DNA of 64,000 nt, from assembly GCA_965205505.1 (NCBI GenBank), contig CBDBHB010000007.1, forward strand, positions 448,001 through 512,000, in the 5' to 3' direction. The notes below the pieces were generated by a model. The model made no database searches. It saw only the letters and a program-made list of their open reading frames with translations, and was not told where the DNA came from. Below, piece after piece: positions 8,072 through 19,575 of this stretch. The position numbers and the translations under genes are program-made. Source of the stretch: Acidobacteriota bacterium. Its GTDB lineage: Bacteria > Acidobacteriota > UBA890 > WLXD01. Within the stretch, counting starts at the first letter, position 1, and each line of letters starts with the position of its first letter.

Positions 8072-10949
8072 GACGGCTTCCAGCGAACCACTCGCCCCTG
8101 GCGCCCGCGTCGAGATCCGCGACGAAGAGTGGATGGTGAGAACCACGAAGCACGCGCTTCCGGGAGGTCGTGCTGTCCACGCTACAGGCATGTCGGAGCT
8201 GGTCCGCGGCAAGGACGCCATTTTCCTTTCGGACCTCGACGAAATCAAAGTCCTACGACCCGAGGAGACATCACTCGTCCACGACGATTCGCCCCGCTAC
8301 CGCAAGTCCCGCCTGTACCTGGAAGCCCTCCTCCGCCGCACACCGCCGACCGACACGGACGCCACGATCTACATCGGCCACCGCGCCGCGATCAACCGCA
8401 CCGACTATCAACTCCAGCCTGCCGCCAAAGCTCTTCGCCAGCCGCGCCCTCGGATCCTCATGGCCGATGGCGTCGGCCTAGGAAAAACGATCGAGGTCGG
8501 CATCCTGCTGTCGGAGCTGATTAAGCGCGGCAGAGGCGAACGGATCCTCGTCGTTGCACTCAAGTCCGTGCTCACGCAGCTGCAGGAGGAGTTCTGGGCG
8601 CGCTTCACGATCCCGCTAGTGCGACTCGACTCGGTCGGAATTCAGCGGGTGCAGTCGGTGATCCCTTCCAACATGAATCCCTTCTACTTCTACGACCGCG
8701 TGATCATTTCGGTCGACACGCTCAAGCGCGACCAGAAGTACCGCCGCTATCTCGAGGAATGTCACTGGGACGCAATCGTTATCGACGAGTGCCAGCACGT
8801 CGCCGTGCGGGCGAAAGTAGGCGGCCTGCAGGAGTCGCAGCGTGCACGCCTTGCCCGCCTGCTCTCGCGTACCAGCGACGCGCTCATCATGACCTCGGCA
8901 ACCCCGCACGATGGCCGCCCGCAGAGCTTCGCCAGCCTCATGCGGCTGCTCGAGCCTACGGCCGTCGCCGATGATGAGAACTACACGAGCGAAGAGGTCG
9001 AAGACCTTTTCTTGCGACGCTTCAAGAAGGACATTGCGCACGAGGTCCGCGATGCCTTCAAGGAACGCGAGACGGCACTCGAGAAGCTGGATGCCTCCGC
9101 CCGCGAGAACGACGCGCTCGAGTGCCTTTCAAAGATCGAGTTCAGGACCATCGCGCGGAAGCTCGGCAGCGTGAAGGGCGGCAGAGGCATCCTATTTCGG
9201 ACGCTGCTCTTGAAGGCCTTCCTGTCGTCCCCGGCGGCCTGCTCCTCGACCATCGAAAAGCGCCTCAATCACAAGGCCCTCGAGGTAGACCATCCCGACA
9301 CCGCCCACGATCGCCGGGTCCTCGGCGAGCTCAAGCAACTAGTCGACGCCATCACGCCCGAGGAATTCCAGAAATACGTTGCTCTCCGCAGGAAGCTCGC
9401 TGACCTCGGAGTCGGCAAACGCAACAACGACGAGCGGGTCGTTGTGTTTTCCGAGCGCATCGACACCATCAAGTACCTGGCCGAACGCCTGAAGAAAGAC
9501 CTCAAGCTCAGAGCCGACCAAGTCGAGGTGTTCCATGGCACCCTCGACGACGTTCGCCAGCAGGGGCTGGTCAAGAGCTTCGGCACCGAATCGAGCCCGA
9601 TCCGCCTGCTCATCTGTTCGGACGTTGCCTCCGAAGGCATCAATTTGCATTTCTACTGCCACCGCATGGTGCACTTCGACTTGCCGTGGTCGCTGATCAC
9701 GCTCGAACAGCGCAACGGACGCATCGACCGCTACGGTCAAACCAACAAGCCGCTCATCGACTACCTCCTCACCATTCCCGCTGACCCCAAGCTCAAGGGC
9801 GACCTCCGCGTACTCGAACGTCTCATCGAAAAGGAGGAGCACGCCCATAAGAACCTCGGCGATGTCGCGTGGCTGCTGGCCCTGCATGAAGCCGAAGCCG
9901 AGGAAGATCACATCGCGCGTGGAATCGAAACCGGCGAGCCCGCCGAAGAAGTCATCCCTGATGATCCCGAGCACACCGATTTCATGGCGATGCTGTTTGG
10001 CCAGGACGTGCCGAAGGAAGCAACCCCCGATGTGCGCGAGCAACCTCTGAGCCTCTTTCTCGATGACCTCACCTATGCCCGTGAGGCCTTTGGCGAGATC
10101 CTTGCCGACGACAGCGACGGCATCGAGTGGCACGACCACCTGGACGGATTCACGCTCAGCCCACCAGACGACCTCGCGCTTCGCTACAAGTACATGCCAC
10201 GCGAACTGCAGACGAAGTCGGGTGAGCTCAAGCTCACGACCAGCGCTGCCTACGTCATGCAGTCGTACGACGAGTCGCGCCAAGACGAGTCCCGCTGGCC
10301 TGAATGGCAGCTCTTCTGGGAACAGCATCCGGTAGCCGAGTGGCTCAATGACCGCGTACTCGGAAGCTTCGAGCGCCACGAAGCTCCCATTCTCCGGGTA
10401 GACAAGGGCCTGGAAGCAGGCCAGCGCGTCGTCGTGTTCCAAGGTGTTATTTCGAATCACCGAAGCCAGCCAGCCGTCATCGAGTGGTTCGGTGTGCGCT
10501 TCGATTCCGGTCATTCCGTGGACATCGCGTCGCTCACCGATCTCATCAACGAGACCGGCCTGCAGGGCGACATTGCGAACCCCGGTACGGGCGTTGCCGA
10601 CGAGCTCAGCGAGGAACTCGCCCATCTCCTTAAGCCCGCCGTTGGGCATGCCGAACGGCACATGGAGGAGCTGCGCGCACACCGCGCCGGGGAGCGTGCC
10701 GAACCGCTTCGTGAAGGCATGCGCAAGCTAAAGCGTTGGTACGACAAATCCCTCGAAGATCTCCAAAAGTGGGAGAGCGCAAGATTGGCTCGGGGCATGC
10801 GAAAAGACGAGCGGGAGCGCTTCGCACGCCGTAAGACGTACATCGAAAAGACCTATGAAGAGCGCCAGCTCTTTGTAGACGAGGCCATGAAGACGGTGAG
10901 AGAACCCTACCTTCGCGTCGCCGCCGTTCTCATCCCACTGGAGCGCTAG
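8064..10949 (+). CDS. SNF2-family helicase, DISARM DrmD-like
   Basis: ILMADGVGLGKT, IVIDECQH, MTSATPH, SEGINLH and EQRNGRIDRYGQ; immediately upstream of an adenine MTase. Confidence 0.85.
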   Translation: MARTASSEPLAPGARVEIRDEEWMVRTTKHALPGGRAVHATGMSELVRGKDAIFLSDLDEIKVLRPEETSLVHDDSPRYRKSRLYLEALLRRTPPTDTDATIYIGHRAAINRTDYQLQPAAKALRQPRPRILMADGVGLGKTIEVGILLSELIKRGRGERILVVALKSVLTQLQEEFWARFTIPLVRLDSVGIQRVQSVIPSNMNPFYFYDRVIISVDTLKRDQKYRRYLEECHWDAIVIDECQHVAVRAKVGGLQESQRARLARLLSRTSDALIMTSATPHDGRPQSFASLMRLLEPTAVADDENYTSEEVEDLFLRRFKKDIAHEVRDAFKERETALEKLDASARENDALECLSKIEFRTIARKLGSVKGGRGILFRTLLLKAFLSSPAACSSTIEKRLNHKALEVDHPDTAHDRRVLGELKQLVDAITPEEFQKYVALRRKLADLGVGKRNNDERVVVFSERIDTIKYLAERLKKDLKLRADQVEVFHGTLDDVRQQGLVKSFGTESSPIRLLICSDVASEGINLHFYCHRMVHFDLPWSLITLEQRNGRIDRYGQTNKPLIDYLLTIPADPKLKGDLRVLERLIEKEEHAHKNLGDVAWLLALHEAEAEEDHIARGIETGEPAEEVIPDDPEHTDFMAMLFGQDVPKEATPDVREQPLSLFLDDLTYAREAFGEILADDSDGIEWHDHLDGFTLSPPDDLALRYKYMPRELQTKSGELKLTTSAAYVMQSYDESRQDESRWPEWQLFWEQHPVAEWLNDRVLGSFERHEAPILRVDKGLEAGQRVVVFQGVISNHRSQPAVIEWFGVRFDSGHSVDIASLTDLINETGLQGDIANPGTGVADELSEELAHLLKPAVGHAERHMEELRAHRAGERAEPLREGMRKLKRWYDKSLEDLQKWESARLARGMRKDERERFARRKTYIEKTYEERQLFVDEAMKTVREPYLRVAAVLIPLER

Positions 10950-10951
10950 CC

Positions 10952-13900
10952 ATGGCCCTCGACCTCGGCGGCATCCAAAACGTGGAGTTCTACTCCGGCC
11001 ACTACCTTGACGCGGTGCTCGAGGGCGACCTCAAGGCCCTTTTCAGGCGCTGGGCCGACGACAAGAAAGAACTCGGCACCCGACAGCCGCAGGAGCGGCT
11101 CAACGCACTCGCCGAGCGCTACTTCAACTCCCGTGCTCAGGTCGAGGGCGAGCGCGACACCGTCGAACGGTGGCGCCTCTGCCGCGACTTCCACGTCCAC
11201 TTCATCCAAGCTCTCGGCTACGAGCACAAACCCAGCGCGGAGCTGCTCGACGACGACACCGTATGCCCGACGCTGCTGGCGCTACGGCGCGACGGCAACC
11301 CGTTCCTTTGGATCATCGACGCCCCCTCCGCACTTGAAGACGATGACGACCCGCTCGTCGCCAGGCCTCTCTCAGCACAACTTCCGACCGATGCAGAGGG
11401 CCGCAAACTTCCCAAGCTTTCCTGGCGCGAGTTCTTAGGGGAAGTCCTGTTCCGCATGGACTCCTGCCCGCGCTGGGTGCTGTTCCTGGCCGGCACCGAA
11501 GCCCTTCTCATGGAACGCAACAAGTGGCCGCAGGGTCGCTACCTGCGCTTCGACTTCGGCGACCTCTTCAGCCGCCGCGAAGCCAAAGCTCTGCGAGCCA
11601 CCGCAGGCCTGCTGCACCGCGACGTGCTCGCCCCCGACGCCGGCGTCTGCCTCCATGACACGCTCGACGAGAATTCCCACAAGCACGCCTTCGCGGTTTC
11701 CGGGGACCTCAAGCACGGCGTGCGCCGCTCCGTCGAGTTACTCGCCAACGAGGCGGTCTACTACCGCCGAGAAGTGCAGAAGCTCGGTGTCTTCAATGAA
11801 GAGGAGCTGGCTCGGAAGCTTACGTCCGAGTGCCTCACCTGGCTCTACCGCATGCTCTTCCTCTTCTACGTCGAGGCGCGCAGCGCCGAGCTCGACGTCG
11901 TTCCCATGGGCTCCAACGCCTACCGTGAGGGCTACAGCCTCGAGAAGCTCCGCGACCTCGAGCAGGTCCCGCTCACAACCCCCAAAGCGCAGAACGGCTA
12001 CTACATCCACGAGAGCCTGCGCACGCTGTTCCGCATCGTTAACCAGGGCTTTCCCGAAATCAGGGAGGACGGGCATCTCTACGAGGGCACGTCCCATAAC
12101 TCCATGGAGATCGACGCCCTGAACAGCCCGCTGTTCGACGATGACCGCCTCGAGATTCTCAAGGGCGTCAAGTTCCGCAACCACGTTCTCCAGGAAGCTC
12201 TTCAACTCCTCTCCCTCTCAGCCCAGAAGAGGAGGAAAGCCCGTGGCCGCATCTCCTACGCGCAGCTCGGCATCAACCAACTTGGCGCCGTCTACGAGGG
12301 CCTCCTCTCCTACACCGGTTTCTTCGCCACCGAACACCTCTACGAGGTGGCTGCCGAGAAAGACTGCAAGCGGCTCTCAGGCAAGCCCGCTGCCGAACGC
12401 GAGGCGCTCAAGACCTACTTCGTGCCGGCAAGACGCATCGGCGGCTACAACGAAGGCGAGATCGTCAAGGACGAGAACGACAAGAAGGTCGTGCACCTGA
12501 GAGGCGACTTCATCTTCCGCCTCGCCGGCCGCAATCGCGAGAAGTCGGCCAGCTACTACACGCCGGAAGTCCTGACCCGGTGCCTCGTCAAGTACGCTCT
12601 CAAGGAGTTGCTCTGGGAGGAAGGCGAAGAAGGTGCAAAGCCCACTCCCAAGAAAACCGCCGACGAGATCCTCGCCCTCACCATCTGCGAGCCTGCCATG
12701 GGCTCGAGTGCCTTCCTCATCGAGGCTGTGGACCAGCTGGCCGACGCCTATCTCGATGCCCGCCAGGAGGAGCTGGGCGAGACCATCCCGCCCGAGAACT
12801 ACCAGCGCGAGAAGCGCCGGGCGAAGGCTCGCCTCGCCACCAACAACTGCTACGGCGTGGACCTGAACCCCACCGCCGTCGAGCTCGCCAAGGTCTCCCT
12901 CTGGCTCGCCACCCTCCGCGAGGAGGGCAAGTGCCCCTGGTTCGGCCTGCGCCTCGCCACCGGCAACAGCCTGGTGGGCGCCCGCCGCGAGGTCTTCAGG
13001 ACGGATGATGTCACGCGTCCCAACAAGAGAGACAACCCCAATTGGCTCGGCCTCGTTCCCGAACCCGTACCGCTCCATCATGGTTCGAGCAGGGGAGCTC
13101 GCCCCGAAGCAGGTGGCAGGCCCGCCTCGACCGAAGGGGAAGATTGGGAGCACTGGACCGCGCCCCCGCGCCCGAAGGGCACCATCTACCATTTTCTGCT
13201 CCCGGCCGAGGGCATGGCTGCCTTCGACAGGGACGATGTCATCAAGCGGCTCGCGCCCGAGTCTGTGAAGCACATCAAGGAGTGGCGCAAGGAGTTTTGC
13301 AAGCCCTTCAACAAGAAGGACGCGGAACGCCTCGAGCAGATCTCCGATGCGGTGGATCGCCTCTTCGCCCAGGTGGTGCGCGAACGGATGCTGGCCACTC
13401 GGGAGACGAGCGACCGCATCCCCGTCTGGGGCGAGCCCCCGAGCGCCGAGCAGGCCCGCCTCCTTGTGCGCGATCAGGAAGAAGTGGCAGCGTCCCTGGA
13501 GCATCGCAGTTCAGCCTACCGCCGCCTCAAGGTCGCGATGGACGCCTGGTGTGCGCTCTGGTTCTGGCCCATCGAAGAAGCGAGCGTCCTGCCCGACCGC
13601 GCCACCTGGCTTGCCCAGCTGGAGGTGATTCTGAAGGGACAGATCACGCACGAACCAGTCTACGAGCAGGGCAATCTCTTCGCTGCTCTGGCACCCGCGG
13701 CGCAGGGCGAGGCCGCGGCGAGCCGGAATGTGGAAAGGGAAATCGCGTCGTTAGGTGGGGACGGGGCCGAACGACTGAGACGGCTGCGGGCGTTGTCGGA
13801 CGTCTTCCGCGACCGTCGGGCGAATTACCTCGAAGAGTGCGGGCTAGCGGACATGGACGCAGTGCTCGAAGGGGACACCAGCCTATGCACCACGCAGGTC

Positions 13901-14092
13901 ATTGCGGACCGACTCCGCTTCCACCATTGGCAATTGCGCTTCGCAGAGGCATTCGCGGAAGGGGGGGCTTTGACCTGACTCTTGGGAATCCGCCATGGGT
14001 CAAGATCGAGTTTGACGAGATTGGACTCGTATCGGATACCGATCCTCGCCTTGGCGTCCGCAAGGCCAGTGCGTCAGAGATTTCCGGGCGGA
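10952..14092 (+). pseudogene. N6-adenine DNA methyltransferase (DrmMI/type IIG-like), frameshifted at a G-run ~13965 and truncated by IS3
   Basis: LGAVYEGLL, REKSASYYTP, CEPAMGS and YGVDLNP; FDLTLGNPPW lies in the shifted frame and is followed by the IS end at 14093. Confidence 0.85.
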
Positions 14093-14126
14093 TGACCTGA
14101 CCCCACGGTTAGTACCACGTCTTATC

Positions 14127-15040
14127 TCAGTAACTCGGTGCTGACAAGGGGTTGTTGAGGCCGGCGAAGCGGAGCGTAGCCGGCTTCAACAACAGCGCCT
14201 CCGGGGCCGGTGGTCGGTAGCCCAACGAGCTGTGCGGTCGCATGCGGTTGTACTGCTGCCTCCATCTCTCGATCAGAACCTTTGCCTCCTTGAGCGTGTA
14301 GAAGATCTCGCCGTTGAGCAGCTCGTCTCGGAGCTTGCCGTTGAAGCTCTCCACGTAGCCGTTCTCCCACGGCGAGCCCGGCTCGATGAACAGCGTGCCC
14401 ACACCGAGCCTACCGAGCCAGTCGCGAACCGCCTCGGCGGTGAACTCCGGTCCGTTATCGGACCGGATGTGCTCAGGTATGCCCCGGTGCACGAACAACC
14501 ACCCGAGCCGCTCGAGCACGTCCTCACAGTTGAGCTTCCGTGCCACGTCGATCGCCAGGCTTTCTCGTGTGTACTCATCGACGATCGTCAGCAGCCTCAT
14601 AGCCCGACCCTCGTGCGTCCGGTGATGAACGAAGTCATACGCCCAGACGTGATCTTTGCGCTGTGGTCGCAGCCGGATGCACGAGCCATCGCTGAGCCAC
14701 AGCCGGGCTCGTTTGGGCTGCTTTGTCGGTACTTTCAGCCCCTCACGCCTCCAGATACGCTGCACTCGTTTGTGGTTCACCCACCAGCCCTCCATACGCA
14801 ACAACGCCGTCACTCGCCGATACCCGTAGCGCCCGTATTGTCGGGCTAGATCCACGATCCGCTCCGTCAACATCTGCTCATCGCCCGGTTCTCTTGGCAT
14901 GTACCTGTGTGTCGTGCGTGGTTGTTTCAGTACCCGGCACGCCCGCCTCTCGGAGACGCCCAGCCGCCCCTGTACATGCGCCACCGCCTCGCGCCGTCGA
15001 GCTGGGCTCAGAAGTTTCCCTCCGCGACTTCCTTCAGGAT
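14127..15040 (-). CDS. IS3 transposase OrfB (DDE)
   Basis: [31 protein letters not shown] and RPHSSLGY. Confidence 0.9.
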
Positions 15041-15286
15041 CGACAGGTCGAGCTCTTTCTCCGCCACCAGTTTCTTGAGCCGGGCGTTTTCTTTCTCCAG
15101 CTGCTTGAGCCTTCTGGCCTGGTTGACCTTCAGCCCCCCGTACTCCCGCCGCCACCGATAGTAGGTGTGCTCGGTGATCGCTAGCTTGCGGCAGGCATCC
15201 TTGACCGTCCCGCCTTGCGCCTGCTCCACTTCAGCCTCCCGGAGCTTGCGTACGATCTGCTCGGCGCTGTGCCTCTTCGTCGGCAT
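15008..15286 (-). CDS. IS3 transposase OrfA
   Basis: [19 protein letters not shown]...[11 protein letters not shown]...[10 protein letters not shown]. Confidence 0.9.
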   Translation of the reverse strand: MPTKRHSAEQIVRKLREAEVEQAQGGTVKDACRKLAITEHTYYRWRREYGGLKVNQARRLKQLEKENARLKKLVAEKELDLSILKEVAEGNF

Positions 15287-15352
15287 TCTGACCTCCCCTT
15301 TTCGACCCAGATCGTGAGATTACCTCTGGATCCGTTTTGGGGGGTCAGGTCA

Positions 15353-16340
15353 GGCCCAACCCTCGACAAAGCGCCGCGTCGTCAGAGTAGGGGGCCGACC
15401 GCCTCCCGAAACAAGATCCCAGAATGCGCTGAGATCCCAGGCGGCGAGCCGCTCGGCACGTTTCGCTTCTTCAACCGCCCATTGCTCCAACGAGCTCGTA
15501 TAGGTGTCGATCCAGTCCTCATGCCCGCGCGCTTCGGCCAGCATCAGGTTGTACAGCAGGCTGGCTCCGTGCATGACCTCCGAGAAGATCCGCGCGTGTG
15601 TCAGCTGCCGACGGAGGCGCGTTGGGAACTCCGCCGCTGCCACGTGCTCCCAGGCAAAGCCCACGCGATCCCAGGGCTCTTGCACCTGGTCCACGAGGTG
15701 GGCCAAGAGCGTGCAGGAGTGCTGCGCTCAGGATGCGCTCCCGCAGATACTCGGCCTCACTGAATCGGAGCCTAAGCTCGGCGCCCTCCGGAAAACCGGC
15801 TGGCGGGTCAGGGATGTGTGGATGCCAGTTGGTGGGCTCCGGGCTTGAAGCTTCGTTTTCACGATCCCGCGCTTGACGACCCTTGAGTCGAACATAGAAC
15901 TCGTCGAGGCTGCGGTGGTATTGAGCCTGGGATCCCTGAAACTGCAGAATCCCCCAACGCCGAAGCCCCGCCCAGTAGACGCTGCTAGGCATCCGCTTCA
16001 CGGCTGCTCCTGCCTCGCCGCCGATGACACCTTTGACGTCGTCGCTCTCAGAGAGGTGCTTGATCAGACGTCCTTCGGCGCGGCGGAAGCGAATCCCGAT
16101 GCGTGAGCTCCGCACCGCTCGCCGCTCGAAGTCACGACACATCCAGGGGATGAAAAGGAAGTACCGGGCGCGGGTCTGGATCGTCGTCGTGCCAGGGAAC
16201 AGCAACTCGGCCAACGGGTCCCGAACCCCTGCCAGGCCGAGCTCGTCGCGCGTGTCACGTACCTGGAACAGCGAGATGACGTCGAGCGCGCGGCGTCGCT
16301 CCTGTTCCGAATAATCCAGCCACGCGAAGCTAGAAGTCAT
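15353..16340 (-). pseudogene. DUF6361-family protein, frameshifted and truncated by IS3
   Basis: MTSSFAWLDYSE...DTRDELGL...LFPGTTTIQTRARYFLFIPW; continues in another frame as HARIFSEVMHGASLLYNLMLAE. Confidence 0.75.
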
Positions 16341-16435
16341 CGCCTCAGATCCGTCTAGGCTCCGGGAAAGGCTGCCGTCCATTGACCCTGTCTTTCGGAG
16401 CGGCGCTGATGCCGGTTCGGTGGCTCGAACTCCAT

Positions 16436-16565
16436 CTGAAGCGCAGGTGGTACCAGCCGCCCTTGTTGAGCACGTGGGCTGTCGGGTTGTCCTCGTGGAG
16501 CCGCTGCATAATCATCACGTGCGCTGCGCCCCTCGAAGCTCCGCGCGTCGAGAGCGTCTGACTGG
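16436..16565 (-). pseudogene. Phage terminase large subunit remnant
   Basis: TLSTR...VMIMQRLHED...HVLNKGGWYHL, matching the IMQRLHEDD terminase motif. Confidence 0.5.
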
Positions 16566-16636
16566 CGCGGCCCTGACTTTCGATGCCCCCGGTTGAACAG
16601 GCATACGCAGGTGTGCGGAGACGCCGGCCAGCGGCC

Positions 16637-16810
16637 GACCAGAGGCAGGGTAAGCGCAAAACGGCCCGCAAGGCACCTCAGCAGCGTATACACAGGCAAA
16701 AACCTCGTGCGGTGATGCGGGATCCTCCCCCATTATGGCTGCGTCTGTCGAGGTCGTGGAGAATCTCCACCCGGACAAGACAAGAATTCGGCGCGCTGCC
16801 CGCGCTCAAG
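16637..16810 (-). repeat. Diverged inverted copy of the upstream region and 5' end of the ABC-6TM gene (19987-20158)
   Basis: TTGTCCGGGTGGAG..TCCACGACCT.GAC.GACGCAGCCA.AATG shared; VYTLLRCLAGRFALTLPLV versus VHTLLKRFAGRFALTLSLV. Confidence 0.75.
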
Positions 16811-16910
16811 AACTTACGATCTCCTCCAAGAGCGCCCTGGTCGATGAACCGCAGTCCAACCGCCGGCACGCCGCGGGTCCGAAACCACCGCCGTGGGCCG
16901 TGCGTTCGCT

Positions 16911-17279
16911 CTAGAACGCGATCGCACCTGCCCTCAGCAGATTGGTCAGGTGGGCAACCGCGTTCGACTTCCGTCTCTTGAAATAGAAGACTCGTCCTTG
17001 CTCGTTGTCGCTCACGTGATAGCAATTCCAGCGCTCCAGCCCCATGTCATTGAGCCGTCTATCCAAGTCCTCCAGATCAGCGTTTGCTACCTTGAGTGAC
17101 GTGTACTCGATGGCCCAGAGGTCCTGGAGCTCCTCTGCCGACAGGTCACGCAATTCGCTTGCCCTCGTCCGCGCTTCATCAAGTATCTCCTGAGCATCCT
17201 CTTGCAACTCAGCCAACGGAGCCTGCTGACACCCGACAGAAAGCACCATCATTGACACGACAATTCGTATGGTTCGCAT
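16911..17279 (-). CDS. Putative lipoprotein
   Basis: MRTIRIVVSMMVLSVGC lipobox; LNDMGLERWNC DUF4177-like segment. Confidence 0.6.
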   Translation of the reverse strand: MRTIRIVVSMMVLSVGCQQAPLAELQEDAQEILDEARTRASELRDLSAEELQDLWAIEYTSLKVANADLEDLDRRLNDMGLERWNCYHVSDNEQGRVFYFKRRKSNAVAHLTNLLRAGAIAF

Positions 17280-17309
17280 ATCGTTCTCACCCTATCTAGC
17301 CAGCGACAG

Positions 17310-17416
17310 TGACCTGACCCCGCGGTTAGTACCACGTCGTATCTCAGTAACTCGGTGCTGACAAGAGGACGTTGAGGCCGGCGAAGCGGAACGCAGCCGG
17401 GTTCAACAACAGCGCC
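17310..17416 (-). mobile_element. Orphan, diverged right end of the same IS3 as 14093-15352
   Basis: TGACCTGACCCC(G/A)CGGTTAGTACCACGTC.TATCTCAGTAACTCGGTGCTGACAAG closely matches 14093-14199. Confidence 0.85.
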
Positions 17417-17451
17417 TTGATCGGCCCTCAGGCTCGCCCACAGCGCGCCGC

Positions 17452-17700
17452 GTTCACTACCTGGAGCGGGTATGCGTCGTGTGCCACGTGGTACGCCACC
17501 GGGTTGAGCACGATGCTCGTCTTGCCCCATTGGCTCGATTCCCATCACGACGACGTGTCGATGCCGGGCTCGCGGAAGGCGTCGAGGACTCCGCGTTGAA
17601 ATGGCGCGTGTCGGAAACGGTCCGCTGGCGCGGCAGTTCGAGTGCGCGGGCCCAGAGGTCGCGGTGACCTCGAGCTCGGCGCGCACCGCCTTCGGGCCGC
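17452..17700 (-). pseudogene. Lambda GpA-type terminase remnant
   Basis: Across frameshifts: RAELEVTATSGP, APFQRGVLDAFREPGID, VVMG, SQWGKTSIVLNPVAYHVAHD (Walker A like SAQxGKT). Confidence 0.55.
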
Positions 17701-17773
17701 CCCATGCGCGCGGCTCGTGCCACCCGGCTTGAGATCGTGGCCGGCCAGGCGAGCATGATCGTCTTGCAGCTGA

Positions 17774-17887
17774 TGGTGCGGTTCATCGAGGAGCATCGTG
17801 ACGGCTACTCGGTTGAGCCGATCTGCGCGCAGGTGCCGATCCACCTCGTCCAGGTACTATGAGCACAAGAGTCGTCAGGCAGATCCC
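17774..17887 (+). pseudogene. IS3 (IS51/IS629-like) OrfB N-terminal fragment
   Basis: MVRFIEEHRDGYSVEPICAQVPI, then SRYYEHKSRQADP. Confidence 0.6.
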
Positions 17888-17979
17888 ACGAGCGCATCGG
17901 GGCTGCGCGAGATCCTGGGGCGCAAGGGTGCCGCATCAACGCCAGTTTGGGAAGCTTGCCGTCGATGTGTGTCAGACGG

Positions 17980-18310
17980 ATCACGCGATGCGCTCCAGCG
18001 CCAGCAGCTCTTCGAGGCGCTCCTCGACCTCAGCGCGGGTTAGGTCCTCCCCGAGGTACGACCACGCGTACCAGCCAGCGACGTACGGTTTGAACCACCT
18101 TGAGTGCTCGAACAGGTCCGGCTGCTCGAGCACGACCTTGTGCTGCACCTGGAGTTAGCAGCGCTGGCAGAGTGCCACGAGGTTCCACCGCACGGTCAAG
18201 CAGTAGCCGGCGTCCGGGTCGTGGCGGTGGTCACAGCGGATGCAGTGCCAGAACGACGCCTGCTTCACGCGGCGCGCGATCGCCGGCCAGTCGCGCGGGT
18301 AGTCGTTCAC
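17980..18310 (-). pseudogene. Phage HNH endonuclease remnant (internal deletion, stop codon)
   Basis: YPRDWPAIARRVK..HCIRCDH...CLTV, WNLVALCQRC, then VLEQPDLFEHSRWFKPYVAGWYA. Confidence 0.55.
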
Positions 18311-19029
18311 GCGGTGCTCTGCCGAAGCCGTTAATACCAACCAGATACCAACCGCCCCTGCCGGATACGTCGTTTCAGGCCGATTTCAGTGGGCCTATGC
18401 CCCGCCGGTACGGCGCGCGGTGTACGGGTTACAGTCGGACTCTTCGCGACGAAACGCGTTCGGTCCACGGCCAGTGGGATCCCCAAGGTGGGGCACAAGC
18501 ACCCAAAGATGGGGAGTTCGTCCGCCGGAATCCCCACGCGCTGCAACGCCCGAGCGCCCAAAGATGGGCCCGGGCTGGGCTCCCCGAGCCGGGTCACACT
18601 CGGGGTGCTAGTGCCGATGGCGCTGGACTAGCGCGTCCTCGAGCGCCTAGGCGGAGAAGATACGCACGGCGAACTCGATCCTGGACCGTGGCGAGGCACG
18701 ACTCCAACCTGCGGCGCTTCGTGTTCCAGGACATCGGGGTGCCGATCCACGCCGCGCGGGTGATAGATAGCGAGCCAGCTGAGCGCACGCACCGTAGGCT
18801 TGATGGCTATTGGTGAGGCGAGCCAGGAGCGCCGACCGAAAACAAGTTCCCGCTCGGACTGGGACAAGCTCCCTAAACCCAGGTTCGGGAAAAGTTGAGA
18901 GGTTGACTCGGAAGGGTTCGCGCAGGAGTCCGAATGCGACGTTGAAGGCCACTCGAATGCCACTTGCGCGTGGCCGATTTGTCGGTTCTACCCGCAACGG
19001 TCGCGACGCGCCGCCGCCGATCATGGTCC

Positions 19030-19575
19030 CTACCGATTGCCGGTGCGCTGCAGCAGCAAGGCCGCGAAGCCCGGGAAGAACGCCACACACCAGCTCACGA
19101 GGTTACGCCAGTACAACGGCCCCGGGTCATGGGCGCCCAACCAGATGTCGGAGATCATCCAGAATGCCAAACTCGCGACCACCGCGGCGATGGCCCCGCG
19201 CGTGACCGTGCGTGATGCGCTCTCGCTATCGCGCGCGACGCCGTTGCCCACGAACGCGAAGGCGATCCACAGTCCCATCCAGGCGATCACCATGGCGGTA
19301 ACGAAACCGACAAGCGGGGACAGGAGATAAAATGCCGCCGCCGCGAGCACGCCGATCAATAGGCCCGCGAGGGCCGCGAAACCGGTCCGTCGACAGCCGG
19401 TTGCGCACGCGGTCACGGCGCCCATTACGGCGAGCAGCAGAGCTCCGTGCGTTAAGCCGTACAACATGCGGTGCTCGGAGATGGCTGCGGCCCAGAAGGC
19501 ATCTGCCGCGGTGCTGGTGACCGCCATCACAAGGGTGGCGATCAAGCTTTCACGAAGTCCTGAAACCGCTCGCAT
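19030..19575 (-). CDS. Membrane protein (~6 TM)
   Basis: GAGGGGAG RBS; a series of hydrophobic segments. Confidence 0.7.
   Translation of the reverse strand: MRAVSGLRESLIATLVMAVTSTAADAFWAAAISEHRMLYGLTHGALLLAVMGAVTACATGCRRTGFAALAGLLIGVLAAAAFYLLSPLVGFVTAMVIAWMGLWIAFAFVGNGVARDSESASRTVTRGAIAAVVASLAFWMISDIWLGAHDPGPLYWRNLVSWCVAFFPGFAALLLQRTGNR

Larger units (their letters stand above)
14093..15352 (-). mobile_element. IS3-family insertion sequence (~1260 bp), apparently intact
   Basis: Imperfect terminal IRs TGACCTGACCCC at both ends; orfA 15008-15286 and orfB 14127-~15040 with a GGGAAAC -1 frameshift window; no flanking target duplication. Confidence 0.92.

Noticed and set aside
9339-13504. Long minus-strand ORFs (447 and 375 aa)
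   Set aside because: Antisense shadows of the helicase and MTase in high-GC DNA.
18340-19020. Several short overlapping ORFs
   Set aside because: No recognisable motifs or RBS; probably degraded sequence.
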